A stretch of 64,000 bases of DNA from an uncultured Gaiellaceae bacterium (GCA_963789355.1 CAWBKK010000006.1:14774-78773); one strand, 5' to 3'. Shown: positions 1 to 11,000, numbered from the stretch's first letter. Made by a program: numbers and translations. The notes: generated by a model not told the origin, from the sequence alone.

Positions 1-528
1 CAGATCCTGGCGGGTGCGCAGCGCGCCTTCGCCCGGCACGGCTACGAAGGCGCGACGGTGGCACGGCTCGAGGAGGAGACGGGCCTCTCCCGCGGCGCGA
101 TCTTCAACTACTACGAGAACAAGGAGGCGCTCTTCGTCGAGCTCGTGCGGCGCTCGTCCGACCGGTTCGTCGAGATCTGGCTCGAGCAGGGCTACCGGGC
201 GCTGCTCGAGGCGGTCATGCACGAGGACCCCGAATGGCTCTCCGTCCAGGTCGAGGCGGCGCGGCGCGTCCGTACAGACGCGCGTTTCCGCGAGCAGATC
301 GCGCGGCTCGAGGAAGACGTCCGGGAGCAGCGCGTGTCGAGGTTCGCGCGGCTACGGGGCGTGACCCGCGACGACGTCCCGATCGAGGTGATCGCCCAGT
401 TCCTCGGCACGCTCGCGAACGGCGTCGCCTTTGCGCGGGTGACGGACGACCCGATGCCGGATCTCGACCAGCTGATGACGCTGATCGAAACCGGTGTAGC
501 GCCTCGTTCAAGCGCGCAAAGTCCCTGA
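1..528 (+). CDS. TetR/AcrR-family transcriptional regulator (5' end outside window)
   Basis: Frame is open from base 1. HTH block GYEGATVARLEEETGLSRGAIFNYYENKEALF is typical of a TetR N-terminal domain. Stop TGA at 526-528. Confidence 0.8.
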   Translation, partial: QILAGAQRAFARHGYEGATVARLEEETGLSRGAIFNYYENKEALFVELVRRSSDRFVEIWLEQGYRALLEAVMHEDPEWLSVQVEAARRVRTDARFREQIARLEEDVREQRVSRFARLRGVTRDDVPIEVIAQFLGTLANGVAFARVTDDPMPDLDQLMTLIETGVAPRSSAQSP

Positions 529-553
529 CGGAGCCGCTTCGCGGACCCGGCGA

Positions 554-1102
554 TCAGTTGAGGCCGAGTTCCGAGCGGTACGCCCGGGCGTAGATCGCTT
601 TCAGCTCCCGCACCCGCTCGACGTAGTGCCGCGTCTCGTCGAACTGGATCCCGACGCCCTCCTCGCGCCAGCGGTCGACGTTCGCCTGGCCGGCGTTGTA
701 GGCGGCGAGCGCGAGCTCCTCGTCCTCGTACTTGTCGAGCAGGTGCCGCAGGTACCAGGAGCCATAGCGGACGTTCAGCTCCGGGTTGTGGAGGTCTTCG
801 GGCTTCCAGTTCTCGCCGCCGGTGCGGTCGGCGATTCCCTGGCCCGTGGACGGGAGGAGCTGCATCAGCCCGACAGCGCCGGAGGCGGAGACCGCGTCGG
901 CGTCGAACTTGGACTCCTGGTAGATCACCGCCGCGACCAGGTGCGGATCGAGCGAGTAGTTCTCGGCGTGGCCGACGACGATCTGCTCGTAGCGAAGCGG
1001 GTAGCGCAGCCGCTCGTACCAGCGCGGCTCCGTCTCGAGAACGTACAAAGCGAATGCGGCGAGGACGACGCCGAGCAGGCCGAACGTGCCGAGCAGCTTC
1101 AC
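554..1102 (-). CDS. Lytic transglycosylase (SLT domain) with N-terminal membrane anchor
   Basis: 182 aa. N-terminal hydrophobic segment, and SLT catalytic block VIYQESKFDADAVSASGAVGLMQLLPSTG. GTG start overlaps the coaE stop (GTGA). Confidence 0.8.
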   Translation of the reverse strand: MKLLGTFGLLGVVLAAFALYVLETEPRWYERLRYPLRYEQIVVGHAENYSLDPHLVAAVIYQESKFDADAVSASGAVGLMQLLPSTGQGIADRTGGENWKPEDLHNPELNVRYGSWYLRHLLDKYEDEELALAAYNAGQANVDRWREEGVGIQFDETRHYVERVRELKAIYARAYRSELGLN

Positions 1103-1686
1103 GCCTTGAGCTCCTTCATCACCCCGGCGACCCAGGCGTCGAGCTCCTCGAGGGTGCCCGTGTTCACGTACGCGAAGTCCGCCCGCTTCACCTTCTCCTT
1201 GTCCGGGAGCAGCCGCTCGTCACGGTCGTCGCGGGTGACCCGGCGCCGCTGCTCGCGGAGCTTCGCGGGTGCGGTGATCACGATCACCTTGTCGAAGCGC
1301 TCGTCGCCGCCGGTCTCGTAGAGGAGCGGCACCTCCGTGACGGAGACCTCGGGCGGCTCCGGCAACTCGGCGAGCTGCTCGCGCCAGCGCAGGTACTCCG
1401 CGGCGACGAGCGGGTGCAGAAGCTGCTCGAGAAAGTCGAGCTTGGCCCGGTCGCCGAAGACGATCTCCCCCACCCGCTTGCGGTCGATCACGCCGTCGTC
1501 GTCGAGGACGTCCTCGCCCAGCTCACAGACGATCGCCTGCTTCACGTCAGGGTCGGTGCGGAGCAGGTGGTGGACGATCTCGTCGCTCGAGACCGTTGCG
1601 GCGCCCGCCTTCTGGAACGCGAACAACGCCTCGCTCTTGCCGGCGCCGATCCCGCCGGTGATTGCAACCGCGACGGGGCGCGGCAA
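1099..1686 (-). CDS. coaE: Dephospho-CoA kinase
   Basis: P-loop VAVAITGGIGAGKSE near the N-terminus, about 195 aa. TTG start at 1686 lies directly after the TAG (1690-1688) that ends the alternative-frame rpsA tail. Conserved polA-rpsA-coaE order. Confidence 0.85.
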   Translation of the reverse strand: MPRPVAVAITGGIGAGKSEALFAFQKAGAATVSSDEIVHHLLRTDPDVKQAIVCELGEDVLDDDGVIDRKRVGEIVFGDRAKLDFLEQLLHPLVAAEYLRWREQLAELPEPPEVSVTEVPLLYETGGDERFDKVIVITAPAKLREQRRRVTRDDRDERLLPDKEKVKRADFAYVNTGTLEELDAWVAGVMKELKA

Positions 1687-1687
1687 G

Positions 1688-3168
<1,481 letters not shown>

Positions 3169-3212
3169 GCGAGACGCGGAGTATAGCCACGTTCAGCCGC
3201 CTCGAACTGAAA

Positions 3213-3247
3213 GGGAGGGCTGATGCGGCGCCCGCATCAGCCCTCCC
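3213..3247 (-). terminator. Intrinsic terminator candidate downstream of the 5'-nucleotidase gene
   Basis: Perfect 16-bp stem GGGAGGGCTGATGCGG / CCGCATCAGCCCTCCC with a 3-nt loop. On the minus strand it is followed by TTTCAGTT. Confidence 0.6.
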
Positions 3248-3260
3248 TGTTTCGGGCCTG

Positions 3261-4985
3261 CTAGCCCGTGCGCGTGATCCTGTTCATCGGGCCGGGCGCG
3301 ACGGTCGGGTTCGCCGCAAAGAACGACGAGAGCGCGTCGAGGTCGACCTCTCCTCCGAGCTGATTGGTGCCCTGGCGGAAGACGGTGAAGTTGTCCCCGC
3401 CGTCAGCCAGGAAGTTGTTCATCGTGACGCGGTAATTCGTCGTCGGGTTGACGACGACACCGTTGATCCTGATCGACGCCGCGTCGACGCGGCTGCCGGC
3501 TGGATTCGCCTGTCGGTAGGAGTACGTGAACCCGGCCGAGACGGCGAGGATCCGGCTGGCGCCCGGCGACGGGTTGTCGAACTGCTGCTCGAGCAGCGCC
3601 TTGATCTGCGCCCCGGTCAGCGTCTTCACGGTCAGCGTGTTGCCGAACGGCTGCACGGTGAACGCCTCGGCGTAGGTGACCTGGCCGGGCTGTTCGCCGC
3701 CGCTGATCTGGTTGAACGTCAGGTCGGCACGGATGCCGCCCGGGTTCTGGAACGCGACCACCGAATTGCCCTTCGCGGCCGCGCGCGTCGCGGCAAGCTG
3801 CGCATCGGCGATGACATCGCCGAGCGCCGACTCGCCCGCACTGTTCGCCGTGCGCGTGATGTCACCGCTGATGCGACCGATCACACGGTTCGCGAGCGGG
3901 GCGGAGAGCCGCTTGTACTTGTCGACCAGCGCGGTCTCGCCGGCGTGCTTCGGCACGTCGCGCGTGACGATGCGGTTGATTGCCGTCTTCGCGACCACGT
4001 CGCCGGTGACCGTGTCGATCGTCAGGTCGATGTCCGTGATCAAGCGGCCGAACGAGGACGCACTCGTGACGAGCTTGTTCGCGATCGTGCAGTTGTAGGC
4101 GTTGTGCGTGTGACCGCTGACGACGACGTCGATGGTCGGGCTCATCTGCTCCGCGATTTGAACGATCGGGCCGGAGATGCCCGTGCACCCGTTGAACGTG
4201 CCCGTATGCGCGCCGCCTTCGTGGATGAGGACGACGATGGTCTGGACGCCCTGCTTGCGCAGGTTCTGCGCCCAGTAGTTCGCCATGTACGCCTCGGGAT
4301 AGAAGCGAAGACCCGCAACCCCGGTGGGCGTGACGATCGACGGCGTGCCCTCGAGGGTCATGCCGATGAACCCGATCTTGACCCCGCCCACTTCCTTGAT
4401 CGTGAAGGGTTTCAGGAGCGGCTTCGCCCGAGCGGTCTTCTTCTGCTTTTTCGCGGCGGCCTTCTCGGCCGCCGTCGGCAGCGCGAAGACGTTCGCGGAC
4501 AGGTACTCGAACTGGGCCCCTGCGAAGACGCCCCCCTCGGGACAGCCGCCTTGGGGACAGCCGCCGTTCTGCTGGCGCAGGAGGTCGGCCTTGCCCTTGT
4601 CGAACTCGTGGTTGCCGACCGCGCTCACTTGCAGTCCGGCCGTGTTCATCGACTCGATCGAAGGCTGGTCGCGGAAGAGAGCCGAGACGAGCGGCGTTGC
4701 ACCGATCAGATCACCCGCAGCGACGACGACCGTGTTCGGGTTCGACGCCTTCAAATTCTGGATGTGGGTGGCGAAGTACTCGACACCCCCTGCTGGGACA
4801 CTGCCGATCAGGCCGCTCGAGCCCGACGGCGGCTCGAGGTTGCCGTGGTAGTCGTTGAAGCCAAGCAGCTGGACGTTGACGGTGGCCAGCGGCTGGCCTT
4901 CTGCATCACCGGAGGCGATCGCGCCGGCGAGCAGCGTCACCACCGTTGCAGCCGCGAGCATTCCCGCGAGAGCAAAGCGTTTCAT
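3261..4985 (-). CDS. Secreted bifunctional metallophosphatase / 5'-nucleotidase (UshA-like)
   Basis: Start at MKRFALAGMLAAATVVTLLAG (signal-like), preceded by a GGAGG RBS. Motifs GFNDYHGNL and VGNHEFDKG. The listed 905-aa ORF is an artefactual upstream extension overlapping polA. Confidence 0.8.
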   Translation of the reverse strand: MKRFALAGMLAAATVVTLLAGAIASGDAEGQPLATVNVQLLGFNDYHGNLEPPSGSSGLIGSVPAGGVEYFATHIQNLKASNPNTVVVAAGDLIGATPLVSALFRDQPSIESMNTAGLQVSAVGNHEFDKGKADLLRQQNGGCPQGGCPEGGVFAGAQFEYLSANVFALPTAAEKAAAKKQKKTARAKPLLKPFTIKEVGGVKIGFIGMTLEGTPSIVTPTGVAGLRFYPEAYMANYWAQNLRKQGVQTIVVLIHEGGAHTGTFNGCTGISGPIVQIAEQMSPTIDVVVSGHTHNAYNCTIANKLVTSASSFGRLITDIDLTIDTVTGDVVAKTAINRIVTRDVPKHAGETALVDKYKRLSAPLANRVIGRISGDITRTANSAGESALGDVIADAQLAATRAAAKGNSVVAFQNPGGIRADLTFNQISGGEQPGQVTYAEAFTVQPFGNTLTVKTLTGAQIKALLEQQFDNPSPGASRILAVSAGFTYSYRQANPAGSRVDAASIRINGVVVNPTTNYRVTMNNFLADGGDNFTVFRQGTNQLGGEVDLDALSSFFAANPTVAPGPMNRITRTG

Positions 4986-5074
4986 CGAACCGTTCCCCCT
5001 CCTCGTTGACGAGCGACGGCGGCGAGAGTAGCGCGCCGCGTAAGGAACCGCTGAGGAGGGTCGAGGAGCCGAGG

Positions 5075-7663
5075 CTACGACTTGGCTTCGTTCCAATCGT
5101 CGCCGACGCCGACGTCGACGGCCAGCGGGGGATCGAGCGGGTAGGCGGCGCACATTTCCTGCCGCACGAGCTCCTTGATCGCGCTCGTCTCCGTCTCGGG
5201 CGCCTCGAGCAGGAGCTCGTCGTGCACCTGGAGCACGAGCCGCGCGCCTCTCCCCTCCTCGCGCAGCCGGTCGTGGATGCGGATCATCGCCACCTTGATC
5301 ACGTCGGCGGCCGTGCCCTGCATGACCGAGTTGACCGCCAGCCGCTCCCCGAGCGCGCGCGTCTGCCGGTTCCGCGTGCGGATCTCTGGAACCGGGCGGC
5401 GCCGGCCGAGCAGCGTCGTCACGTAGCCGTCGCGCTCTGCCTGCTCGATCGTCCGCTGGATGAAGTCCTGCACCAGCGGGAAGCGCGCGAGATAGGTGTC
5501 GATGTACTCCTGCGCCTGTTCGCGCGGGATCTCGAGGTTCTCCGAGAGCCCGAACGCCGAGATCCCGTAGATGATCCCGAAGTTGACCATCTTGGCGACG
5601 TTGCGCTCGTCCTTGGTCAGGGTGGCGGGATCCTTCCCGAGCACCTCCGCGGCGGTCGCGGTGTGGATGTCCTCGTTCCGCGCGAACGCCTCGCGCAGGC
5701 GCGGCTCGCCCGAGACGTGGGCGAGGATCCGCAGCTCGACCTGGCTGTAGTCGGCCGAGATCAGGCGGAACCCCTGCTCGGCGACGAAGGCGGAGCGGAT
5801 CTCGCGGCCGAGCTCGGTCCGGATCGGGATCGCCTGCAGATTGGGATTCGTCGTCGAGAGCCGGCCGGTCGAGGCGGCCGCCTGGTTGAAGGTCGTGTGC
5901 AGGCGCCCGTCCGCTTCCGAGATCAGGAGCGGCAACGGGCCGAGGTATGTGTTGATCAGCTTCGAGAGCTCGCGCCACTCCTCGATCACCCCGACGATCT
6001 CGTGCTCGCCGCGGATCGAGCGAAGGACTCTCGTGTCCGTCGAGTAGCCGGTCTTGCCCTTGCGGCCGGGCGTCAGGCCGAGAACCTCGAAGAGGATGCG
6101 CGCGACCTGCTGGGTCGAGCCGACCATGAACTCCTCGCCGGCGAGCTCGTAGGCCTTCGCCTCGAGCTCCTCGACGCGGTCGGCGAGCCGTGCCGTGATC
6201 TCGCCCATCCGGTAGGTGTCGATCTTGACGCCCGCATCCTCCATCGCAGCGAGGACGGCGGTCAGCGGCAGCTCGATCTCGTCGTAGAGGCGCTCGGAGC
6301 CGCGCTCGACGACGCGCTCGCGCATCGGGCCGGAGAGGCGGCGGGCTGCCTCGGCGCGCGTGATCAGCGCAGCCGTCTCCTCCTCCGTCGCCGGCTCGGG
6401 GATCACTTCGAGCCCGTACTCGCGCTGGAGATCGTCGATTGCGTACTCGGAGCGGCCGGGCTCGATCAGGTACGCCGCGATCAGCGTGTCGTCGGAGGGC
6501 CGCATCGTCAGCCGCGGCAGCGACTTGAAGTCGTGCGCGACGAGGTCGGCATCGCGGAGTCGCGCGGGCGAGTCCTCGTCCCAGGCGCCGACCGTGACGC
6601 CGTCGTCCTGCGCGAGCGCGAAGCGCCCGTCGGCCACGGCGAGACCGGCGCGGCCGCGCACCTGCGGTAGCTCACCTTCCCTCCAGGGCACGACGGTCCC
6701 GGCGACCGCGACGGGCACGGCCGCGGGGATCGCGTCCTCGAGGTCGTCGATCCGGTTCAGCAGCGCCCGGAACTCGTAGCGCCGGAACATCTCACGGAGC
6801 TGCGAGCGGTCGGGCGGCTCGAGCACGATCTGCGACGGATCGAAGTCGAGGTCGAGGTCGCGCCGCATCGTCGCGAGCTCCTTCGACATGCGCGCCTGGT
6901 CGGCGAACTCGGTGATGTTCTTCCGCCGCGCCGGCGAGAGCTCGTCCGCGTGCGCGATCACCTCCTCGAGCGAGCCGTACTGGGCGATCAGCTGGCCCGC
7001 GGTCTTGTCGCCGATCCCTGGGACGCCGGGGATGTTGTCGGACGTGTCGCCCTTCAGGCCGATGAAATCCGGCACCTGATCGGGCCGGATCCCATAGCGA
7101 AGCTCGACGCGTTCGGGCGTGTAGACGTTGACGTCCGCAACACCGCGCGGCGTCATCATCAAGACGACGTTCGCGGAGCAGAGCTGGAAGGCGTCGCGGT
7201 CGGTCGAGACGACCGTCGTCTTCACTCCGGCCTCGTCCGCGCGGGTCGCGAGCGTCGCGATCACGTCGTCCGCCTCCCAGCCCTCGAACTCGAGGTTCCG
7301 GTAGCCAAACGCCTCGACGATCGGGCGAAAGTGCGGGAACTGCTCGCGCAGGAGGTCGGGCATCGGCCGACGCCCTTCCTTGTAGACGACGTCGCCCGCC
7401 TCGGCGACCGCTGCCCGGTGCGTCGGCCGCGAGTCCCAGGCGACGGCGACGCCCTTCGGACGGTAGTCGGAGAGCAGCTTGAAGAGCATGTTCGCGAACC
7501 CGAGCAGCGCGTTGGTCGGGAAGCCGTCGCTCGTCGCCAGCTCTTCCGGCAGCGCGAAGAAGGCCCGGTAGGCGAGGTTGTTCCCGTCGACCAGGAAGAG
7601 CTCGGAGTCCCGCGCAGGCCCGTCGTCGAGCTGCAGCTCCTGGCCGGTGAGCGTCTTCGGCAC
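5075..7663 (-). CDS. polA: DNA polymerase I
   Basis: 862 aa. 5'-nuclease N-terminus (LVDGNNLAYRAFFAL), and polymerase motifs RRPAKMVNFGIIYG-like and QVHDELLLEAP. GTG start. Confidence 0.95.
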   Translation of the reverse strand: MPKTLTGQELQLDDGPARDSELFLVDGNNLAYRAFFALPEELATSDGFPTNALLGFANMLFKLLSDYRPKGVAVAWDSRPTHRAAVAEAGDVVYKEGRRPMPDLLREQFPHFRPIVEAFGYRNLEFEGWEADDVIATLATRADEAGVKTTVVSTDRDAFQLCSANVVLMMTPRGVADVNVYTPERVELRYGIRPDQVPDFIGLKGDTSDNIPGVPGIGDKTAGQLIAQYGSLEEVIAHADELSPARRKNITEFADQARMSKELATMRRDLDLDFDPSQIVLEPPDRSQLREMFRRYEFRALLNRIDDLEDAIPAAVPVAVAGTVVPWREGELPQVRGRAGLAVADGRFALAQDDGVTVGAWDEDSPARLRDADLVAHDFKSLPRLTMRPSDDTLIAAYLIEPGRSEYAIDDLQREYGLEVIPEPATEEETAALITRAEAARRLSGPMRERVVERGSERLYDEIELPLTAVLAAMEDAGVKIDTYRMGEITARLADRVEELEAKAYELAGEEFMVGSTQQVARILFEVLGLTPGRKGKTGYSTDTRVLRSIRGEHEIVGVIEEWRELSKLINTYLGPLPLLISEADGRLHTTFNQAAASTGRLSTTNPNLQAIPIRTELGREIRSAFVAEQGFRLISADYSQVELRILAHVSGEPRLREAFARNEDIHTATAAEVLGKDPATLTKDERNVAKMVNFGIIYGISAFGLSENLEIPREQAQEYIDTYLARFPLVQDFIQRTIEQAERDGYVTTLLGRRRPVPEIRTRNRQTRALGERLAVNSVMQGTAADVIKVAMIRIHDRLREEGRGARLVLQVHDELLLEAPETETSAIKELVRQEMCAAYPLDPPLAVDVGVGDDWNEAKS

Positions 7664-7688
7664 GGGGTCAAGCTATCGTGCCGCCGCG

Positions 7689-8648
7689 ATGGCACGCCTC
7701 GAGATTCGTCCATTTTCCGACGAGTTCGTCCCGGCGGCGGCCGAGCTGCTGGCGGCCCGCCACCGGTCTCAGCGCGCAGCCGAGCCGTTGCTCTCCGCGC
7801 GCTACGAGGAGCCTGCAGCCGCCGCGGACCTCGTGTCCGAGCTGGCTGCGGCCGACGGCGCCAGCGGCGCGGTCGCGCTTCGCGGGGAGCGCGTCGTCGG
7901 CTACCTCGTCGGCGCCCCCAGGAGCGAGGAGCTGTGGGGCGCGAACGTGTGGGTCGATCACGCCGGACACGCAGTCGAGGAACCCGAGGACCTGCGTGAC
8001 CTCTACGCCGCGGCGGCCCATGTCTGGGTCGACGAGCACGGGCGGCCGCGTCACTACCCGCGCGTGCCCGCCACCGATGCGGCGCTGCTCGACGCCTGGT
8101 ACCGCCTCGGCTTCGGCCAGCAGCACGCATATGGCATCCGGGCCGTGCCGGACACGGAGTGGCCCGGCGACGTCCGGCTCGGGACCCCGGACGACGTCGA
8201 GGCGATCCTCGACCTCGACCCGCTTCTCACCGACCACCAGCAGGGATCGCCGGTGTTCCTGCGCGGGGGGGAGCGCCAGAGCCGCGCCGAGTTGCGCGCC
8301 GAGGTGCTCGAGGACCTGGCGAACGAGGGCGTCGCCGACCTGGTCGTCGAGCGCGACGGGCGCATCGTCGGCCTGTTCCACGTCGTCCCCGTCGAGCTCT
8401 CGAGCGCGCACGCCGGCGTCGCGCGGCCCGATGGCGCGGCGCTCCTGAGCTGGGCCGCAACCGATCCCGCCGTACGCGGCTCGGGTGCGGGGCTGGCGCT
8501 GACGCAGGCGGCCTTTGCGTGGGCGCGCGAGCGCGGACACGAGACGATGGTCGTCGACTGGCGCGTGACGAACCTGCTCGCGTCGCGCTTCTGGCCGCGG
8601 CGCGGCTTCCGAACGACGTTCCTCCGGCTGTACCGGCACATTCCGTAG
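7689..8648 (+). CDS. GNAT-family N-acetyltransferase (two GNAT-like halves)
   Basis: ATG at 7689 (MARLEIRPFSDEF). C-terminal half has GSGAGLALTQAAFAWARERGHETMVVDWRVTN...RRGF, typical of an acetyl-CoA binding fold. About 319 aa. Confidence 0.7.
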   Translation: MARLEIRPFSDEFVPAAAELLAARHRSQRAAEPLLSARYEEPAAAADLVSELAAADGASGAVALRGERVVGYLVGAPRSEELWGANVWVDHAGHAVEEPEDLRDLYAAAAHVWVDEHGRPRHYPRVPATDAALLDAWYRLGFGQQHAYGIRAVPDTEWPGDVRLGTPDDVEAILDLDPLLTDHQQGSPVFLRGGERQSRAELRAEVLEDLANEGVADLVVERDGRIVGLFHVVPVELSSAHAGVARPDGAALLSWAATDPAVRGSGAGLALTQAAFAWARERGHETMVVDWRVTNLLASRFWPRRGFRTTFLRLYRHIP

Positions 8649-10144
8649 TGACTCGGATTCCGATGCCCTCGGGCTCGCGAATCGCCGTCGTCAACACGCG
8701 CGACGGCGTCGTGCTCCGCCCACCGCGGCCCTCCGCCGGGGTCGTCGACGTCGCCGCGGCGGTGCGCGATGCGCTCCGCTTCCCGCTCTCGGGCTCGCCC
8801 CTCGAGGCGCTCGTCACCCGCGGTGGCGACGCCACGCTCGTCGTCCAGCCGCCGGAGCTGCCCCTGCCCGGCGTGCTCGACGACCCGCGGCGCCAGGCGC
8901 TGGCGACCGCGATCGACGAGCTCGAGCGGCTGGGCGTCCCGTCCAGGCGGCAGACGATCCTCGTCGCGGGCGGGCTCAATCGCCGAGCGGGGAACCGCGA
9001 GCTCGAGGCCCTGCTCGCGCCGAGCTTCGCCCGCCGCTTCCGGGGCCGCGTCGAGGTGCACGACGTCGAATCACCCGACCTCGTCCACGTCGGCGACGCA
9101 GGGCGGACGCCCCTGCGCGTTAACCCGCTCCTGCTGGAGACCGACCTTGTCCTCTGCGTCACAGCCGCCGAAACGGTGCTCCACGGCGGCCCCGGTGCGC
9201 TGATCGGCGCGTGCGGGTCCGAGACCCTGCGCGCCGCAACCGCCTACTCGCTGCTCGAGACCGCCGCCGCCCGCGGCTGGCAGCTCGGAGTCGCGCTCGA
9301 GCGGACGCTGACGAGCCAGGTGCCCGTGCTCGGCACGTCGCTGGTGCTGAACCCGCCACGGCTCTCTGGCCGCTTTCGCGACTACCCCTACGAGGACGAC
9401 GCGCTCGACCAGCTCGCCCGCTCGCCGCTGCGGCGGTTCTCGCTGCTGCCGTCCGGGATCCGCCGTCGCGTGCTCCAGGATCTCGGCCGCGAGCTGACCG
9501 CCGTCGCCGCCTTCGCGGGCCCACCCTCTGTCGCGCACGCCGAAGCGCTCTTGCGCGGGATCGCCCGGCGCTCGACGCCGCTCGAACAGCCGCTCGACGC
9601 GATCGTGATCGGGATGCCCTGGAAGCACCACCACGCTCCGCGCGAGCGCCTGAATCCGATCACGGTGGCGACCGTCGCGCTCGGCCTCGCCCTGCGGCTC
9701 TGGCGCGATGCGTTCCCGGTCAAGGACGACGGCACCGCGATCGTCCTCCACCGCCTCTCGCGCCACTTCGCGCACGGAACGCAGGATCCGTACCGCGCGC
9801 TCTTTCACTCGCTCCGCGACGGCCGCACCGCCGATGACCTGGCTGCGGGCGAGAGTGACGCCGCGGCAGACGAGCACGCACTCGAGGCCTACCGCACCGG
9901 CCGCGCCTGTCACCCGCTCCTCCCCTACGTCGACTGGGACAGCTGCCAGCCGGCGCTCGACCGGCTCGGCGCGGTCGTCGTCGCGGGCTCCCGGGACCAC
10001 CAGGCCGCGCGGACGCTCGGCTTCGTGCCGACGCACGGGATCTCCGGCGCGCTCGAGATGGCGCACGGCCGTGCCGGCGGCGAGGCGCGGATCGGCTACC
10101 TGGTCGGGCCGCCCTACTTCCCGCTCGAGGTCGGCGGAACGTAG
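8648..10144 (+). CDS. LarA-like / DUF2088-like protein (lactate-racemase N-terminal-domain family, divergent)
   Basis: GTG at 8648 overlaps the GNAT stop (TAGTG); alternative ATG at 8663. Pattern TILVAGGLNRRAGNRELEAL ... VEVHDVESPDLVHVGD..RTPLRVN...TDLVLCVTAAETVLHGGPGAL resembles the LarA N-domain layout as recalled from memory. Confidence 0.5.
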   Translation: MTRIPMPSGSRIAVVNTRDGVVLRPPRPSAGVVDVAAAVRDALRFPLSGSPLEALVTRGGDATLVVQPPELPLPGVLDDPRRQALATAIDELERLGVPSRRQTILVAGGLNRRAGNRELEALLAPSFARRFRGRVEVHDVESPDLVHVGDAGRTPLRVNPLLLETDLVLCVTAAETVLHGGPGALIGACGSETLRAATAYSLLETAAARGWQLGVALERTLTSQVPVLGTSLVLNPPRLSGRFRDYPYEDDALDQLARSPLRRFSLLPSGIRRRVLQDLGRELTAVAAFAGPPSVAHAEALLRGIARRSTPLEQPLDAIVIGMPWKHHHAPRERLNPITVATVALGLALRLWRDAFPVKDDGTAIVLHRLSRHFAHGTQDPYRALFHSLRDGRTADDLAAGESDAAADEHALEAYRTGRACHPLLPYVDWDSCQPALDRLGAVVVAGSRDHQAARTLGFVPTHGISGALEMAHGRAGGEARIGYLVGPPYFPLEVGGT

Positions 10145-10145
10145 A

Positions 10146-10168
10146 GCTTGTGTTGAACCAACACAAGC
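10146..10168. repeat. 23-nt palindrome copy 1 (GCTTGTGTTG-AAC-CAACACAAGC)
   Basis: 10-bp perfect inverted arms, read directly. Lies 2 nt after the LarA-like stop. Confidence 0.85.
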
Positions 10169-10205
10169 GCCGTTCAACCCACGGAGCCGTGCGACAGCCC
10201 CGCCA

Positions 10206-10228
10206 GCTTGTGTTGAATCAACACAAGC
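10206..10228. repeat. 23-nt palindrome copy 2 (GCTTGTGTTGA-A-TCAACACAAGC)
   Basis: 11-bp perfect inverted arms. Differs from copy 1 at one base. Start-to-start distance is exactly 60 bp. Confidence 0.85.
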
Positions 10229-10265
10229 CAGCGTCCGCGGGCCCGGCGCCCGGCCAGGGACGTCG

Positions 10266-11000
10266 CTAGTCGATGCCGAGGTAGGCCTTGCGGACGCGCT
10301 CGTTCTCGCGCAACTCCTTCGCCGGGCCTTCGAGCGCGATCACGCCCGTCTCCATCACGTAGCCACGGCTGGCCGCGTCGAGCGCCATCAGCGCGTTCTG
10401 CTCGACGAGCAGGATCGGCGTTCCCTGGGAGTTGATCTCCCGCACGATCTCGAAGATCCGCTCGACGAAGATCGGCGCCAGGCCCATCGACGGCTCGTCG
10501 AGCAGGAGCAGCTTCGGGCGAGCCATCAGCGCCCGACCCATGGCCACCATCTGCTGCTCGCCGCCCGACATCGTCCCGGCCTGCTGCTGCTTCCGCTCGG
10601 CGAGGCGCGGGAAGAGGTCGAAGACGCGATCCATGTCCTCGGGGAAGTTCGCCTTGTCGGTGCGCTGGAAAGCGCCCATCTCGAGGTTCTCGAGCACGCT
10701 CATCCGCGGGAAGAGCCGCCGGCCCTCGGGTGACTGCGCGATCCCCATCTTCACGATCGCGTGCGGCGGGGCGTTCGTGATGTCCCTGCCCTGGAAGGTG
10801 ATCCTGCCTTCGCGGGGATGGTTGACCCCGTTGATCGAGCGCAGCGTCGTCGACTTGCCTGCTCCGTTGGCGCCGATCAGGGTCACGACCTCACCCTCGT
10901 GCACCTTCAACGAGATTCCCTTGAGCGCGTGGATGGCGCCGTAATAGGTGTGGACGCCGTCGAGCTCGAGGACGATCCCGGCGCCGTTCGGCTCAGCCAT
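10266..11000 (-). CDS. livF: Branched-chain amino acid ABC transporter ATP-binding protein
   Basis: 244 aa. Walker A GANGAGKST, signature MSGGEQQMVAMGRAL, Walker B LLLLDEPS. Confidence 0.9.
   Translation of the reverse strand: MAEPNGAGIVLELDGVHTYYGAIHALKGISLKVHEGEVVTLIGANGAGKSTTLRSINGVNHPREGRITFQGRDITNAPPHAIVKMGIAQSPEGRRLFPRMSVLENLEMGAFQRTDKANFPEDMDRVFDLFPRLAERKQQQAGTMSGGEQQMVAMGRALMARPKLLLLDEPSMGLAPIFVERIFEIVREINSQGTPILLVEQNALMALDAASRGYVMETGVIALEGPAKELRENERVRKAYLGID

Noticed and set aside
4986-5978. N-terminal 331-aa extension of the 5'-nucleotidase ORF (3261-5978)
   Set aside because: It is R/A/G/P-rich low-complexity sequence lying in a different frame over the polA 3' region on the same strand. 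The real start is MKRFALAG at 4985, with signal peptide and GGAGG RBS.
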